Origin: a virus
Taxonomy: Duplodnaviria > Heunggongvirae > Uroviricota > Caudoviricetes
Direction: 5' to 3' (one strand)
IMG/VR virus record: IMGVR_UViG_3300042901_002340
Length of the DNA: 64,000 nucleotides
The notes beneath the pieces are model-generated. The model saw nothing but the letters and a program-made list of their open reading frames with translations. It made no database searches and was not told the DNA's origin. The number at the start of each line of letters is the position of its first letter. The stretch's first letter is position 1. Both the position numbers and the translations under genes were made by a program. Below, piece by piece: positions 9,423-18,618 of the stretch.

Positions 9423-9571
9423 ATGATTTTAATTACAGAGCAAATATACGGAATAGGTTTTAAATACAAACGATCAAAAACGTTAAAGTTTTAGCCACGG
9501 TGTTTGCCATGGGACAGGCATAAAAAGAATCCATATGAAAAATAAAGGCATGCATGATGCATCATCCGGAA

Positions 9572-9588
9572 CACCGTTGTCGACGGTG
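9572..9588. promoter_or_regulatory. Motif A palindrome, copy 9
   Basis: caccgttgtcgacggtg; terminator at 9615-9639. Confidence 0.8.
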
Positions 9589-9678
9589 TGGATGTGCAGG
9601 CATGATGCACATCCAAAAAAAAAGAGGCCGAAGCCTCTTAAAGTTGTGTGTCTGGTTTATAAGCTAACCAAGGAAAGC

Positions 9679-11439
9679 TTATTCTGCTAAATTGATTCCA
9701 AGATTATGAATCATTGTGACATAGAAGGTGATAGCACCGCGGTTGACTGTGTCCGCTCTATTGACCGCTTCGTAAAGATCATTATCCAATATGGCTTTAA
9801 CGAAGGATCCTGGATATGTCTCGATCCCCAATCTGTTTGCCATGATTGCTGTTCCTATATCTATAATGTGATTCCTTTCAGTATCCACAAATAATGATGT
9901 GATTGGGAGATTGCAGGATTCTGCATTTTTGATAAGATAAACTTCCACATTGGCTCTTATCTTTTCCATTTTCTGTTCTCTGGTTAATTCTGCCATGACT
10001 GTTTGGTTTAGGTGGTTGGATAAAGTGGTCCTGATATTGACTGGTTATTCCAGTTCATCAGTTTTTTGTATTTCTCCATGAGATTTTTGGCAATTAAAAG
10101 GTCCATTGGTGTGTAGGTATCAACCTTTTTAAATAGAAATTTCAATGAGTTCTCTATGCTTTTAACTTCTCTTAATTTTTCTGGGTCTGATGGGTAGATT
10201 AACATAATTATCTGGGGTTTTAAATTATATCCAAATATAATAAATCCTTTTTAGATAAAAAAATTATTCCATATATAATTTCGCATCTTTGACCAAATAA
10301 CCTTTATAATTCGGATCTTTCGATGGTTCACATTTTAACCATTGTGTTGCCGTCTGCCAGGCTTCCTTTTTCGTTGCCCCAAATCCTATTGTGTATATTG
10401 AATCTGGATTCTCTTTAATGATGAAGAAAGGTACACCCTTACCTCTGAATCCCACTTCGAATTCCGTTTCGTGTCTTTCAGCGATGGCATTCGGATACTT
10501 TGCTAGAACTTTTTTGTTATTCATCATCTTCGAATCCTGTTCACTTTTTGCAATAACATCTTGTGACATAATTTCCATTTGTTTTAATTACTGAGCAAAT
10601 ATAGAAAACCTTTTCTGAATAAAAAAATTATTTTAAAATTATTTTGCAAACACAGGTTTGTAATATTTTCTGGAGGCGTGACCTAATGTGTGAATCTCGC
10701 AATCATTATTATCTAGAAATTGAAATCCTGAATATGAATCTGTAAGAAACATTATCTTCTCGACCATGACACAAACACCTTCTTTGAATTCCTTGGTGGC
10801 ATCTGTATCCTTTCTTGCCAGTTGGGTGTTGGCATAATCGATCATCTCTATAACACCGATGGTTTTTCTCTTTGTCATAATTATATGTTGTTATCTAACC
10901 AATCCTTTAATTCCTTTTTGATATAATCCATATCATCTTCATCGTGTTCATCAGGAAATCTTCTTCCAATCATCTCTCCAATATGAGCACCGTCGTCTGC
11001 TCTATAAATGTCTATACCATCTTCCGATTGGTCGGAGTCGAAGAAGTATCTTATATCGTATAAGTCCCCGTCTATCTCAATATCTTTTATTACATGTGCC
11101 ATGATAAATGTTTTTAATTACATGGCAAATATAAGAATCCTTTTTCGAATAAAAAAATTATCCTTTGGAATTTTTCCAATCATCAGGCTTCCACCGTTGG
11201 CCTGGCTTAGGAAGCTTACCGTCTCTTATAAGATCATCCCAATCCTTTCTTTCCTTCATCTTTCCAAAATAACCGCCGATTCCGATTCCTAAAAGGAATC
11301 CACCTAACCAAAGTATTACTAACATAGATACCTCCTTATTAAATAGATTATAAATACTATTACCAAAATGTTCTTTATTGTATTGATTACACCGTTGATG
11401 AAATCTCTCTGCTGCATAGGATACAGATTGTTCCACCAT
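9679..11439 (-). other. run of small hypothetical ORFs (9679..9996, 10008..10205, 10264..10578, 10639..10878, 10881..11102, 11158..11439)
   Basis: Compact minus-strand ORFs, most preceded by class II promoters. Confidence 0.65.
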
Positions 11440-11469
11440 GATTTTATTGGATTCTTCATTTTAAATGTA

Positions 11470-11503
11470 CGCGTGTGGATAGTATGTTACCAACATAGTA
11501 TGT
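11470..11503. promoter_or_regulatory. Motif B palindrome
   Basis: cgcgtgtggatagtatgttaccaacatagtatgt, right after the stop of 11505..12029. Confidence 0.7.
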
Positions 11504-11504
11504 A

Positions 11505-12029
11505 TTAACGTATGGCATCAACCTTAGGTAAACAACACTTTTTGTATTTGTTTCCTGATCCGCATCGGCATTTGTCATTACGTTGTGCACCTCGGTATAT
11601 CTCTTTGAATGCAATGTCTGCCAATTGCTGTGCTTCTCTAGCAGCTTTTTCTGCTGCATAAATGGCTTCCTGTCCGGCATCATCCTCTCTCACCGTGAAT
11701 CCAACAGATTTATCGGATACCTCCCTCATCATATCAGCGAGGATATTTGATTTGCTCATGTCCTGATAAGCACTTAACATCTTAATGAATTCCTCCTTCT
11801 TCATTTTTTTGTATCTTGCTCTTTGCTCCATGATCTTCTCCTCCGGCACCTCGGACAGGGCATATGGTACATATTCATTACCGCATGTATCGCATAGGGT
11901 TTTGGATACCTTCTTGATTTCTTTGCCCTCAGCATCCAACACCGTTGTCTCGGATGTTAGGTGGGATTCGAATAGTTCGAACTCTTGGCACGTGGTGCAC
12001 CAGGTTCTTCTTTTAATTTGACTAGGCAT
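11505..12029 (-). CDS. SEC-C motif protein with N-terminal zinc ribbon
   Basis: C-terminal RNDKCRCGSGNKYKKCC; N-terminal CTTC...CDTC. Confidence 0.75.
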   Translation of the reverse strand: MPSQIKRRTWCTTCQEFELFESHLTSETTVLDAEGKEIKKVSKTLCDTCGNEYVPYALSEVPEEKIMEQRARYKKMKKEEFIKMLSAYQDMSKSNILADMMREVSDKSVGFTVREDDAGQEAIYAAEKAAREAQQLADIAFKEIYRGAQRNDKCRCGSGNKYKKCCLPKVDAIR

Positions 12030-12357
12030 ATTGGTTATTTTTATTATTAAAGCTATATAGATGCACTTCTTTTATGGAAGTAGCAGGAATTGGTTCCGAC
12101 GAGGTCCATGATTTACCAACACCGAATAGAGAAACCATCATCGGTGAATGGTCCATGCCTTCCTCAAGTTTTGATTCCTCAATCTCAACCTCAATCACGG
12201 CAATCATATCCTCACCGGCGGCTTGTAATCTGAAACCAATCCAACGAAGTGCTGAATCGATGGAATCGGTAAGGTAAACATAATCCCATTTGATAATCAG
12301 ACCATCCTTTTGTATTGATGGCACGTTGGTCGCGGATGTTGCGTGGAATGCTCTCAT
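12022..12357 (-). CDS. small ADP-ribosyltransferase-like (KptA/Tpt1-like fold) protein
   Basis: FHAT...SIQKDGL...VYLT...A motif. Confidence 0.5.
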   Translation of the reverse strand: MRAFHATSATNVPSIQKDGLIIKWDYVYLTDSIDSALRWIGFRLQAAGEDMIAVIEVEIEESKLEEGMDHSPMMVSLFGVGKSWTSSEPIPATSIKEVHLYSFNNKNNQYA

Positions 12358-12910
12358 TTTATTTCTTGAAATTTAATTGGTTGTGTTGTTATAAGAATGA
12401 TCAGTCCCTCTGGTGCATCATATTTCATGATTTGCCCTGACCTTAGACCTTCCGTTGTGACCTTACCCACATCCTCCGCAGGAATCATGATTCTTCCAGG
12501 ATCCGCTCCTTCTCCCCCATATTTACCTGATCGGTCTTTATAAACCTTACCGTCTATAACCAGAAGGTGTGCTTTGAGCACCATGGTCATGTGGTTATGA
12601 AGTCCTATGTCGATTAAATCTTTCATTTTAATATTGAAAAGAATCATTTAACTTGCTGGAATTTAATTTCTTTAAATGCCATATCAACCGGGATTATCTC
12701 AGCACTTGGAAACTTTGCCCGGATCGAAGACTCCCATGATTTTGCATTCTTTTTTGTAAACCACCAACTTGCATCATTTATATTCTTTGTACGACGGGAC
12801 TTAAAGGTTTTGTCACTCACCTTCACATATTTGTTTTCGTCCTGAATTTTGAAGATATAAAGTTCCATGTTGGAGGGATTTTGTTTTGCAAATATATGAC
12901 ATCTTTTCAA
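12354..12910 (-). other. two hypothetical ORFs (12354..12647, 12644..12910) ending in IKFQEIK / IKFQQVK
   Basis: Overlapping start/stop; shared C-terminal tail. Confidence 0.6.
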
Positions 12911-13051
12911 ATAAATTCAATAAATTTCAAATTATTTTTTACCCCCTCATTTTACCCCCAAATTTCCCACGGTAGATTACAGGAAGCGAGCGTTACCTCC
13001 ACGCACAAAAAAACCTGACTAAAATCAGGCTTTTCTTTAACGGTTGTCCAT

Positions 13052-13426
13052 TTATCTTCGCTGGATGAAATCATCAACTGATTCCTTTGCCCAACCACCC
13101 TTTCTGCGGGAGTATATTTTACCAGGATGTATCTCGAAATTCTTCTCTTTTGTCATAAGGGAATTCTCCTTGCCTGGATGAGAGAAAGCAACATAATAAG
13201 GTTCGGATAAAACACCGTTGATGTCCCAGAAAGCATAATCATCTTTCCCCGAGATTTCACCGACGATTTCCGCCTCTATTCCAGCTTCGATGAGGGAGTC
13301 TATGTCATGCTTCTTTAAAAATCCTAAAGCCGGATTAACCGCACCGCCGATTTTGACCAATTGCAAAGCGGTTGGATCCATTGCACCGCGGCGGAAGAAG
13401 CTTTCGAAAAGCATCAGATGTTTCAT
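13052..13426 (-). CDS. late protein with MKHL..FESF N-terminus
   Basis: GATATATAG upstream; terminator at 13007-13034. Confidence 0.7.
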   Translation of the reverse strand: MKHLMLFESFFRRGAMDPTALQLVKIGGAVNPALGFLKKHDIDSLIEAGIEAEIVGEISGKDDYAFWDINGVLSEPYYVAFSHPGKENSLMTKEKNFEIHPGKIYSRRKGGWAKESVDDFIQRR

Positions 13427-13442
13427 TCTATAGAGTTTTCCT

Positions 13443-13748
13443 CTATATATCTTCTACCGGGATTAGGAGTTTCACAACAGCCATACCGTGACCAACCCAC
13501 CTCTCGGCAGGAGAGACAACACCGTTGGTGACGAGAAAGGGCAAGCACCCTTCGTTCTCTGAGTAGTTCTTGATGATCACCTCATCTGGTTCTAGATGTG
13601 CCTCAGGGACATTCACTGTGGCAGTCATAACTGGGGAACCATCCTCCGCGTCGAGTATACGAATAGCTCGACGCCCGTTCGCATACGAGCCCGCACTTAA
13701 TATAACGGTGTACTCAGCATAAGGTGTTTTAAGTTGATAAGTCTTCAT
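13443..13748 (-). CDS. DUF4313-like protein
   Basis: YANGRRAI...P...ATVNVP......IIKNYSENEG. Confidence 0.5.
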   Translation of the reverse strand: MKTYQLKTPYAEYTVILSAGSYANGRRAIRILDAEDGSPVMTATVNVPEAHLEPDEVIIKNYSENEGCLPFLVTNGVVSPAERWVGHGMAVVKLLIPVEDI

Positions 13749-13791
13749 TCTCTATTGATTTAGTTCGTGTACGTGTTCGTGGTCATTCCCT

Positions 13792-13819
13792 ACATAGTAT
13801 CTTAGTAACATACTATGTT
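13792..13819. promoter_or_regulatory. Motif B palindrome
   Basis: acatagtatctta-g-taacatactatgt, 13-bp arms with one mismatch. Confidence 0.8.
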
Positions 13820-14016
13820 TCAGAGTTTTCATCCGATGGGCTCCAAATCAGAACAAAGAGGGAGAGAGCAATCAGTATCACAGCAACTATCACATCATCA
13901 GTGGTTGGTGGATTATACCAACCAATAAGATGACACAAGTATATAATAACACTCGCGAGAGCAATACATATTGTCACCGCTCCCGCGATCTCCCAGCCGT
14001 TCTTAAGTCTGCGCAT
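13813..14016 (-). CDS. small two-TM membrane protein bracketed by Motif B
   Basis: 67 aa; TAG stop lies inside the left palindrome. Confidence 0.55.
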   Translation of the reverse strand: MRRLKNGWEIAGAVTICIALASVIIYLCHLIGWYNPPTTDDVIVAVILIALSLFVLIWSPSDENSET

Positions 14017-14040
14017 AGTCCGAGTTTACCGTGGACCCAG

Positions 14041-14067
14041 ACATAGTATCTTACTAACATACTATGT
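14041..14067. promoter_or_regulatory. Motif B palindrome
   Basis: acatagtatctta-c-taacatactatgt. Confidence 0.8.
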
Positions 14068-14246
14068 ATGTGGGGCCTTATTGTTTATGATGCAAATATA
14101 CAAAAACATTTCGAATAAAAAAAATCCTCTGAATATTTTTTTATTCCGAGGATTTATCTTACTTTAGCTTTTGAAAAATGAATGGCCATTCATGTGGCCG
14201 GGTTCCGGACTGGGCTCGGAAGACTGGACTCCATGGTGTGCTAAGA

Positions 14247-14888
14247 TTAAGCCGGTGTGGACCCGCCGACGGTGTTTGTCTGGATCTTTCTCTTGTGCAT
14301 CTCCAATGTTCTGATTGCTCTCTTCGCCATAGAGATCTCCCCTTGGTCCGGCACACTGCGGGTTTTGTAGAACCCTTTGAGGTTCGGGTTTCTCGCCTTG
14401 CCATAGTGGGAGGCGTGGCTCGGACTGATGAAGTTGGAAAGATCATGGATAATGGAATCTATATCTTCCACAGTGGTGATCTTCACAAGATCTACTGCCC
14501 AATCATTCTCCTCCCAGACATCAAAGCCATCCACCCATCTATTGGCCTTGAATTCATCGGTGGCAAAGTTCAGAACGGAGTCGGTGTCTTGTGTGTACTC
14601 GCCTCCCCCGTGGGTTTCCCAATAAGTCAAATACCTCTGAGGAATGGCCTCGTCAATATCCCTCACAACCCATATGGCTCGCTGAGGTGTCTTGTCCATC
14701 AGAACGGCAAAGTCCAGATGACCTTTCTCGTGCCTGCTCTTGTCTTGCTCTGGGTTCTCATCATGGCAGTACACAGGAGTGAAGAATTGCTCCTCCTCTT
14801 TGTACTCCACATCGGCTCCCGCAAGTCTGGGTTCCGGTGGATCATCATAGAAGGCCGGGTTGTTCTCAAATAATTTAAGGTGTTTCAT
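14247..14888 (-). CDS. late protein with MKHLKLFEN N-terminus
   Basis: 213 aa; GATATATAG four bases before the ATG. Confidence 0.75.
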   Translation of the reverse strand: MKHLKLFENNPAFYDDPPEPRLAGADVEYKEEEQFFTPVYCHDENPEQDKSRHEKGHLDFAVLMDKTPQRAIWVVRDIDEAIPQRYLTYWETHGGGEYTQDTDSVLNFATDEFKANRWVDGFDVWEENDWAVDLVKITTVEDIDSIIHDLSNFISPSHASHYGKARNPNLKGFYKTRSVPDQGEISMAKRAIRTLEMHKRKIQTNTVGGSTPA

Positions 14889-14905
14889 ACCCTATATATC
14901 CACAT

Positions 14906-15033
14906 GGGATTCTCCGCGGGTTAGTCCCCCTAAAAGGGCTCTCAAGAAACCAACCCTCATTTTCACCACCAAAACGCAAGGGTGAGGGCCTAAGAGGGGA
15001 AGCCATTTTTGGGGGACTAACCCAGAAGGTCCC
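14906..15033. other. GC-rich multi-stem inverted repeat, candidate structured RNA or DNA element
   Basis: Perfect 13-bp stem 14918-14930 / 15011-15023 plus inner ccctca/tgaggg stem. Confidence 0.55.
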
Positions 15034-15389
15034 GCCCAACCCGAGAGATAAAGCTAGAGATAATACCTAGAGAGATGCCACCACATAAGATGTTCCGTCT
15101 CTTAAGAAGAGGCAATGAGCCACAACCGCATGTAAAGAGAAGAGATAGAGGAGAGATACGGGGCGAGATGGTGGTGGGTGTTCTAGAAACCTCGCCCTAA
15201 AATCTCGGATATATAAAATATTTGGTTTTTCCTAATAAAAACGTGGGTTTCTGTGGGTGCTCTTGCCCAGTGGAACATAGTGGAGAGAAGTGGAATGAAA
15301 TGGTAAATCGGGGCGACGAGAAAATCCAGTTAGCATGGCCCTGGGTGGGAACTCACACATGCAGAGGGGCTTCCGAAAGGGATCGTTAT

Positions 15390-15537
15390 ACGCGATTGCA
15401 TGGCCAGTGCTCCCTCAGTTTCCATTTGCTATCTCTCTATATGGTTTGGTTCCTGGGATCACTCAAAAGCTCCCTAAAACGCGATTGCATGGCCGTGGCC
15501 ACCTCAGTTTCTTGTTCCCATCTCTCTATATGGTTTG
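15390..15537. repeat. two imperfect direct repeats, period 89 bp
   Basis: acgcgattgcatggcc at 15390 and 15479; atctctctatatggtttg at 15431 and 15520. Confidence 0.8.
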
Positions 15538-15766
15538 TCATCTTGTATCCCTTAGAAGCGATCTTTATGGTTTGGGATTCTCTGACTGTGATTCTCTTGT
15601 CTATCTGCCTAATGAAATGGCTGGGATTACTCTCTAGCTAGATGCCTATGTCTAAGTCTATGTCTATAGGTTATTTGTCTTGTTACTTACTATGAGGGAT
15701 GAGTGTGAGTTGCTTCTATGAGAATGTGATTGGTTACTTGCTCGTGACTATGATGTAATTGTTTAT

Positions 15767-15824
15767 GAGGATGTGAATATGGGTTTGTGGATTATCGTGT
15801 GTTAAACGTGCTATAATGACGTTG
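15767..15824 (+). repeat. 58-bp direct repeat, copy 1
   Basis: gaggatgtgaatatgggtttgtggattat...ctataatgacgttg, repeated at 16360. Confidence 0.85.
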
Positions 15825-15975
15825 CTTGATGGTGATGGTATGATGATGGTAATAGTATTATTTACCTGGAGGCCGGGCCCTAGTGGGTTTTACTTGATTC
15901 CGGCCCTTGGCACTGAGACACCTTATCGTGTCTTATTGGGAATCCAATATATAGGAGAAATAAAATTGTGATGAT

Positions 15976-16296
15976 ATGAACGATGATAACGATGTGACTC
16001 GTCTTAAACTCTTTGAGGAGTGGCAGAGAGATGAGCAAGACAGGGAGTGGCTTGACTCCTATATTGCTGGTGTGGCAGCCATAGGGTCCCTTAGTGAATT
16101 GGAGGAGTGGGTCATGAAGGCAACTTCTGGGTACATGATGCCTCTTAATCCAGTAGAACCTCTTAGAAGTGTCCTGAGGGAAAAGATCATGGAGTTGAGC
16201 GAGGGTAAAGAGTTGGTGGGTTATCTATCTGGTCTGCTTCCTAGACTGGAAGGTGATCGACAAGAGATTGTGTTGCCTCCTGGTGCTGTCTACTAG
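15976..16296 (+). CDS. hypothetical protein (RLKLFEEW motif), lone plus-strand gene
   Basis: 106 aa; AATATATAG upstream; flanked by the 58-bp repeats. Confidence 0.6.
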   Translation: MNDDNDVTRLKLFEEWQRDEQDREWLDSYIAGVAAIGSLSELEEWVMKATSGYMMPLNPVEPLRSVLREKIMELSEGKELVGYLSGLLPRLEGDRQEIVLPPGAVY

Positions 16297-16359
16297 TTGA
16301 TTCTTTGGTGGTTGTGTCATGTGTGTTTATTTCACTGTGACTTGTGTGATTTGCTTTAA

Positions 16360-16417
16360 GAGGATGTGAATATGGGTTTGTGGATTATTGTGTCTTAAAA
16401 GTTCTATAATGACGTTG
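16360..16417 (+). repeat. 58-bp direct repeat, copy 2
   Basis: Matches 15767-15824 with a few substitutions. Confidence 0.85.
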
Positions 16418-16495
16418 ATGTGTGTTGGTACTTGATCTCCGGCGGCCGGACCTCTTGGGAGTTTATCCGATTTCGAATCCCAATTGAATTTGGAT

Positions 16496-16975
16496 CTATG
16501 ACTCCCTGGTTGGGTTCCAGACTTCTATTGGGGTTTCCCCTTTGGGAATCTCGTAACCCGCGGAGAGCCCATCTATCTGTTTTAGAAAGGTGCCTTCTGG
16601 ACCTACTCTCTGGTGTGACTTGATGTCTCCCACTTTGGCTCTTCTCTTCACATTGGCCTTGCATTGCTCTGGGGAGTTCTCGAAGTAGATAAATCTGATG
16701 AGTGACCCTCTTCTTCTTGCCTCGCTGGTGAGTTCACCTCTGGAGGATTCCGGATCCAACATCACCATGCCATCTGAGATGATCTGATTCTCTTTGCCCA
16801 TCGCTTCCTTGGCTTTTTTGAGCGAGTAGTCATCATAGTGTTGCCACTCCATCTCTGGCTCCTGTCTCTGGATCTCTTCTGCTAATTTGGTCTTGCCTGA
16901 TCCAGGTAGTCCGAAGATCACTAGTGTTGTCTTGGGTGATCCTGTGATGTCTTCATATAGTTGGATGTGTTTCAT
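16496..16975 (-). CDS. P-loop kinase-like NTPase (AAA_33-like)
   Basis: GLPGSGKT Walker A; MKHIQLYEDI N-terminus; GATATATAG promoter. Confidence 0.75.
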   Translation of the reverse strand: MKHIQLYEDITGSPKTTLVIFGLPGSGKTKLAEEIQRQEPEMEWQHYDDYSLKKAKEAMGKENQIISDGMVMLDPESSRGELTSEARRRGSLIRFIYFENSPEQCKANVKRRAKVGDIKSHQRVGPEGTFLKQIDGLSAGYEIPKGETPIEVWNPTRES

Positions 16976-17027
16976 GTGCTATATATCTGTTAGCAATATG
17001 ACCGGGGTTGGCCGGGCCTCCTGGGGT

Positions 17028-17411
17028 TTATCTGATTTCGAACCACACCACCTGTGGATTGATTGTGTCGATGGCTATCTGAAGTAGGTCGTCAAATGAC
17101 GTGGATTTGTAGTAGGCTGATGACTTCTCTGCGTTCATTGTCTCTAGGTAGTAGGTACCGTCAGCGGATCTGACAAATGTGACTGCTGGTGGGGTGTGTG
17201 CATAATAACCGATAGATTTTGCTATTCTATAGATCTTGCTCCACTCCTCCTTTTCGTAACCAGCAAGATCACATAACTCCTTCAGCTTTTCTTTATTGCC
17301 CTGTGGTATATGACTCCTGTCGTTGACTCTTCTCCATTCTATGCCATCTATGACGTTAGGTTCTTCGTTGCTCTCATTGAGATGTTGTGTGAATGTTCTT
17401 ATATGTTTCAT
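17028..17411 (-). CDS. late protein with MKHIRTFTQHLNES N-terminus
   Basis: N-terminus nearly the same as the adjacent repeat protein. Confidence 0.7.
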   Translation of the reverse strand: MKHIRTFTQHLNESNEEPNVIDGIEWRRVNDRSHIPQGNKEKLKELCDLAGYEKEEWSKIYRIAKSIGYYAHTPPAVTFVRSADGTYYLETMNAEKSSAYYKSTSFDDLLQIAIDTINPQVVWFEIR

Positions 17412-17415
17412 GTTG

Positions 17416-18102
17416 TTACGTGATTTCGACCCATTCAGCGGATCCTGCTATTGTGTCAAGATCAACCACTTCCGAATTGTATTTCACCCATATTTTCCCC
17501 TCGGTTTTATCAAATTTGGTTCCATTTGGGATCGTTTCCAGACTCACTAGATTCAAGCCCAAACCAACAGTGGGATTGAAACCCTGTGGAATCACCTTCA
17601 GACTCCCTAGATACAAGTTGCCACTAACAGTGGGATTGAAACCCTGTGGAATCGTTTCCAGACTCTCCAGATTCAAGTTTCCTCTAATAGTGGGATTGAA
17701 ACCCTGTGGGATGGTCTTTAGACTCCCTAGATCCAAGCTGCCACTAACAGAGGGATTGAAACCCTGTGGGATGGCCTTCAGACTCCTTAGATCCAAGTTG
17801 CCACTAACAGTGGGATTGAAACTCTGTGGGATTTCATTTAGATTCCATAGATCCAAGTTGCCCCCAACAATGGGATTGAAACCCTGTGGGATTTCCTTTA
17901 GACTCACTAGATCCAAGTTGCCACCAACAGTGGGATTGAAACCCTGTGGGATTTCCTTTAGAGTCCATAGATCCAAGCTGCCATCTATTTTTACCTCCCC
18001 TTTAAACTGTTTATTGGATATATTATGCTTCTTGCAGAAGACGTCCATTTCAGTATTTAAGTTCTCGTTAAGATGTTGAGAGAATGTGTGTAAATGTTTC
18101 AT
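17416..18102 (-). CDS. 20-aa repeat (LRR-like) protein, start revised to MKHLHTF
   Basis: About seven IPQGFNPTVxGNLDLxSLKx units; GATATATAC before the ATG at 18102. Confidence 0.8.
   Translation of the reverse strand: MKHLHTFSQHLNENLNTEMDVFCKKHNISNKQFKGEVKIDGSLDLWTLKEIPQGFNPTVGGNLDLVSLKEIPQGFNPIVGGNLDLWNLNEIPQSFNPTVSGNLDLRSLKAIPQGFNPSVSGSLDLGSLKTIPQGFNPTIRGNLNLESLETIPQGFNPTVSGNLYLGSLKVIPQGFNPTVGLGLNLVSLETIPNGTKFDKTEGKIWVKYNSEVVDLDTIAGSAEWVEIT
17530..17990 (-). repeat. 60-nt coding tandem repeat
   Basis: gtgggattgaaaccctgtgg recurs every 60 nt in frame. Confidence 0.9.
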
Positions 18103-18199
18103 GTTGTATATATCTCTTGGTGATATGGATGCGGTTGTGACGGGTTCTTGACGGGATGCCACATCAGATCCACCTTGGAGGTGGATCTGATGTGTGTGA

Positions 18200-18499
18200 T
18201 TACATGCTCCAGGCTGGGTTGGCGATGATGAGTTTATCCCCCTCCACTCTTGGGAGTTCCTTGGTTGAATTATAGTCATCATACTCAATCTGATCTGGAT
18301 AAAACTTCTGGCCATCAAACATGATGTAGTTGTCTTCTGTTCTCTCTCCGTCTTTGCCTCTGTGGCTAAATCCTTTGCCTCTCATGGCATCGTGGGCTGC
18401 ATCATCCACTGTGGGTTTACCAAAGATGCTTGTCCAGAAGTTCTCATTCATCCTCTCTGGTGCGGAATTGAATGACTCGTAATTTTTAATATTTTCCAT
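18200..18499 (-). CDS. late protein with MENIKNYESF N-terminus
   Basis: GATATATAG upstream. Confidence 0.7.
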   Translation of the reverse strand: MENIKNYESFNSAPERMNENFWTSIFGKPTVDDAAHDAMRGKGFSHRGKDGERTEDNYIMFDGQKFYPDQIEYDDYNSTKELPRVEGDKLIIANPAWSM

Positions 18500-18618
18500 T
18501 GCTAGGATTTATTTTCTCTATATATCATCTGAATAGAGAAGAGTATAGCAAATAAAGAAATCTAACCACAATCATGATAAACACCACTCCCAGTAGGAAA
18601 CAACCAAGAGTGGCGGAT

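Noticed and set aside
1261-9490. Full attC sites in the early modules
   Set aside because: I looked for TAAC left arms complementary to the GTTAAA right ends in several modules and found none; only the right-end resemblance is reported.
14257-14274. Twelfth Motif A copy (ggacccgccgacggtg)
   Set aside because: The left CACCG arm is absent and the site lies within a coding tail.
14178-14873. 231-aa plus-strand ORF, and similar long antisense ORFs such as 17393..18079, 24940..25350 and 54568..54894
   Set aside because: These are shadows of well-supported opposite-strand genes and have no promoter or start context.
15222-15641. ORFs 15222..15641 and 15335..15637
   Set aside because: They overlap non-triplet 89-bp repeats and have atypical composition, so they are treated as non-coding.
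15783-16389. DnaA boxes (TGTGGATTA in the 58-bp repeats)
   Set aside because: There are only two single-mismatch boxes about 590 bp apart, which is not a DnaA-box cluster.
17530-17990. CRISPR-like array (repeated GGGATTGAAAC, as at the 3' end of many CRISPR repeats)
   Set aside because: The period is exactly 60 nt, the would-be spacers resemble each other, and the array is an open 20-aa repeat frame on the minus strand. No cas genes are present.
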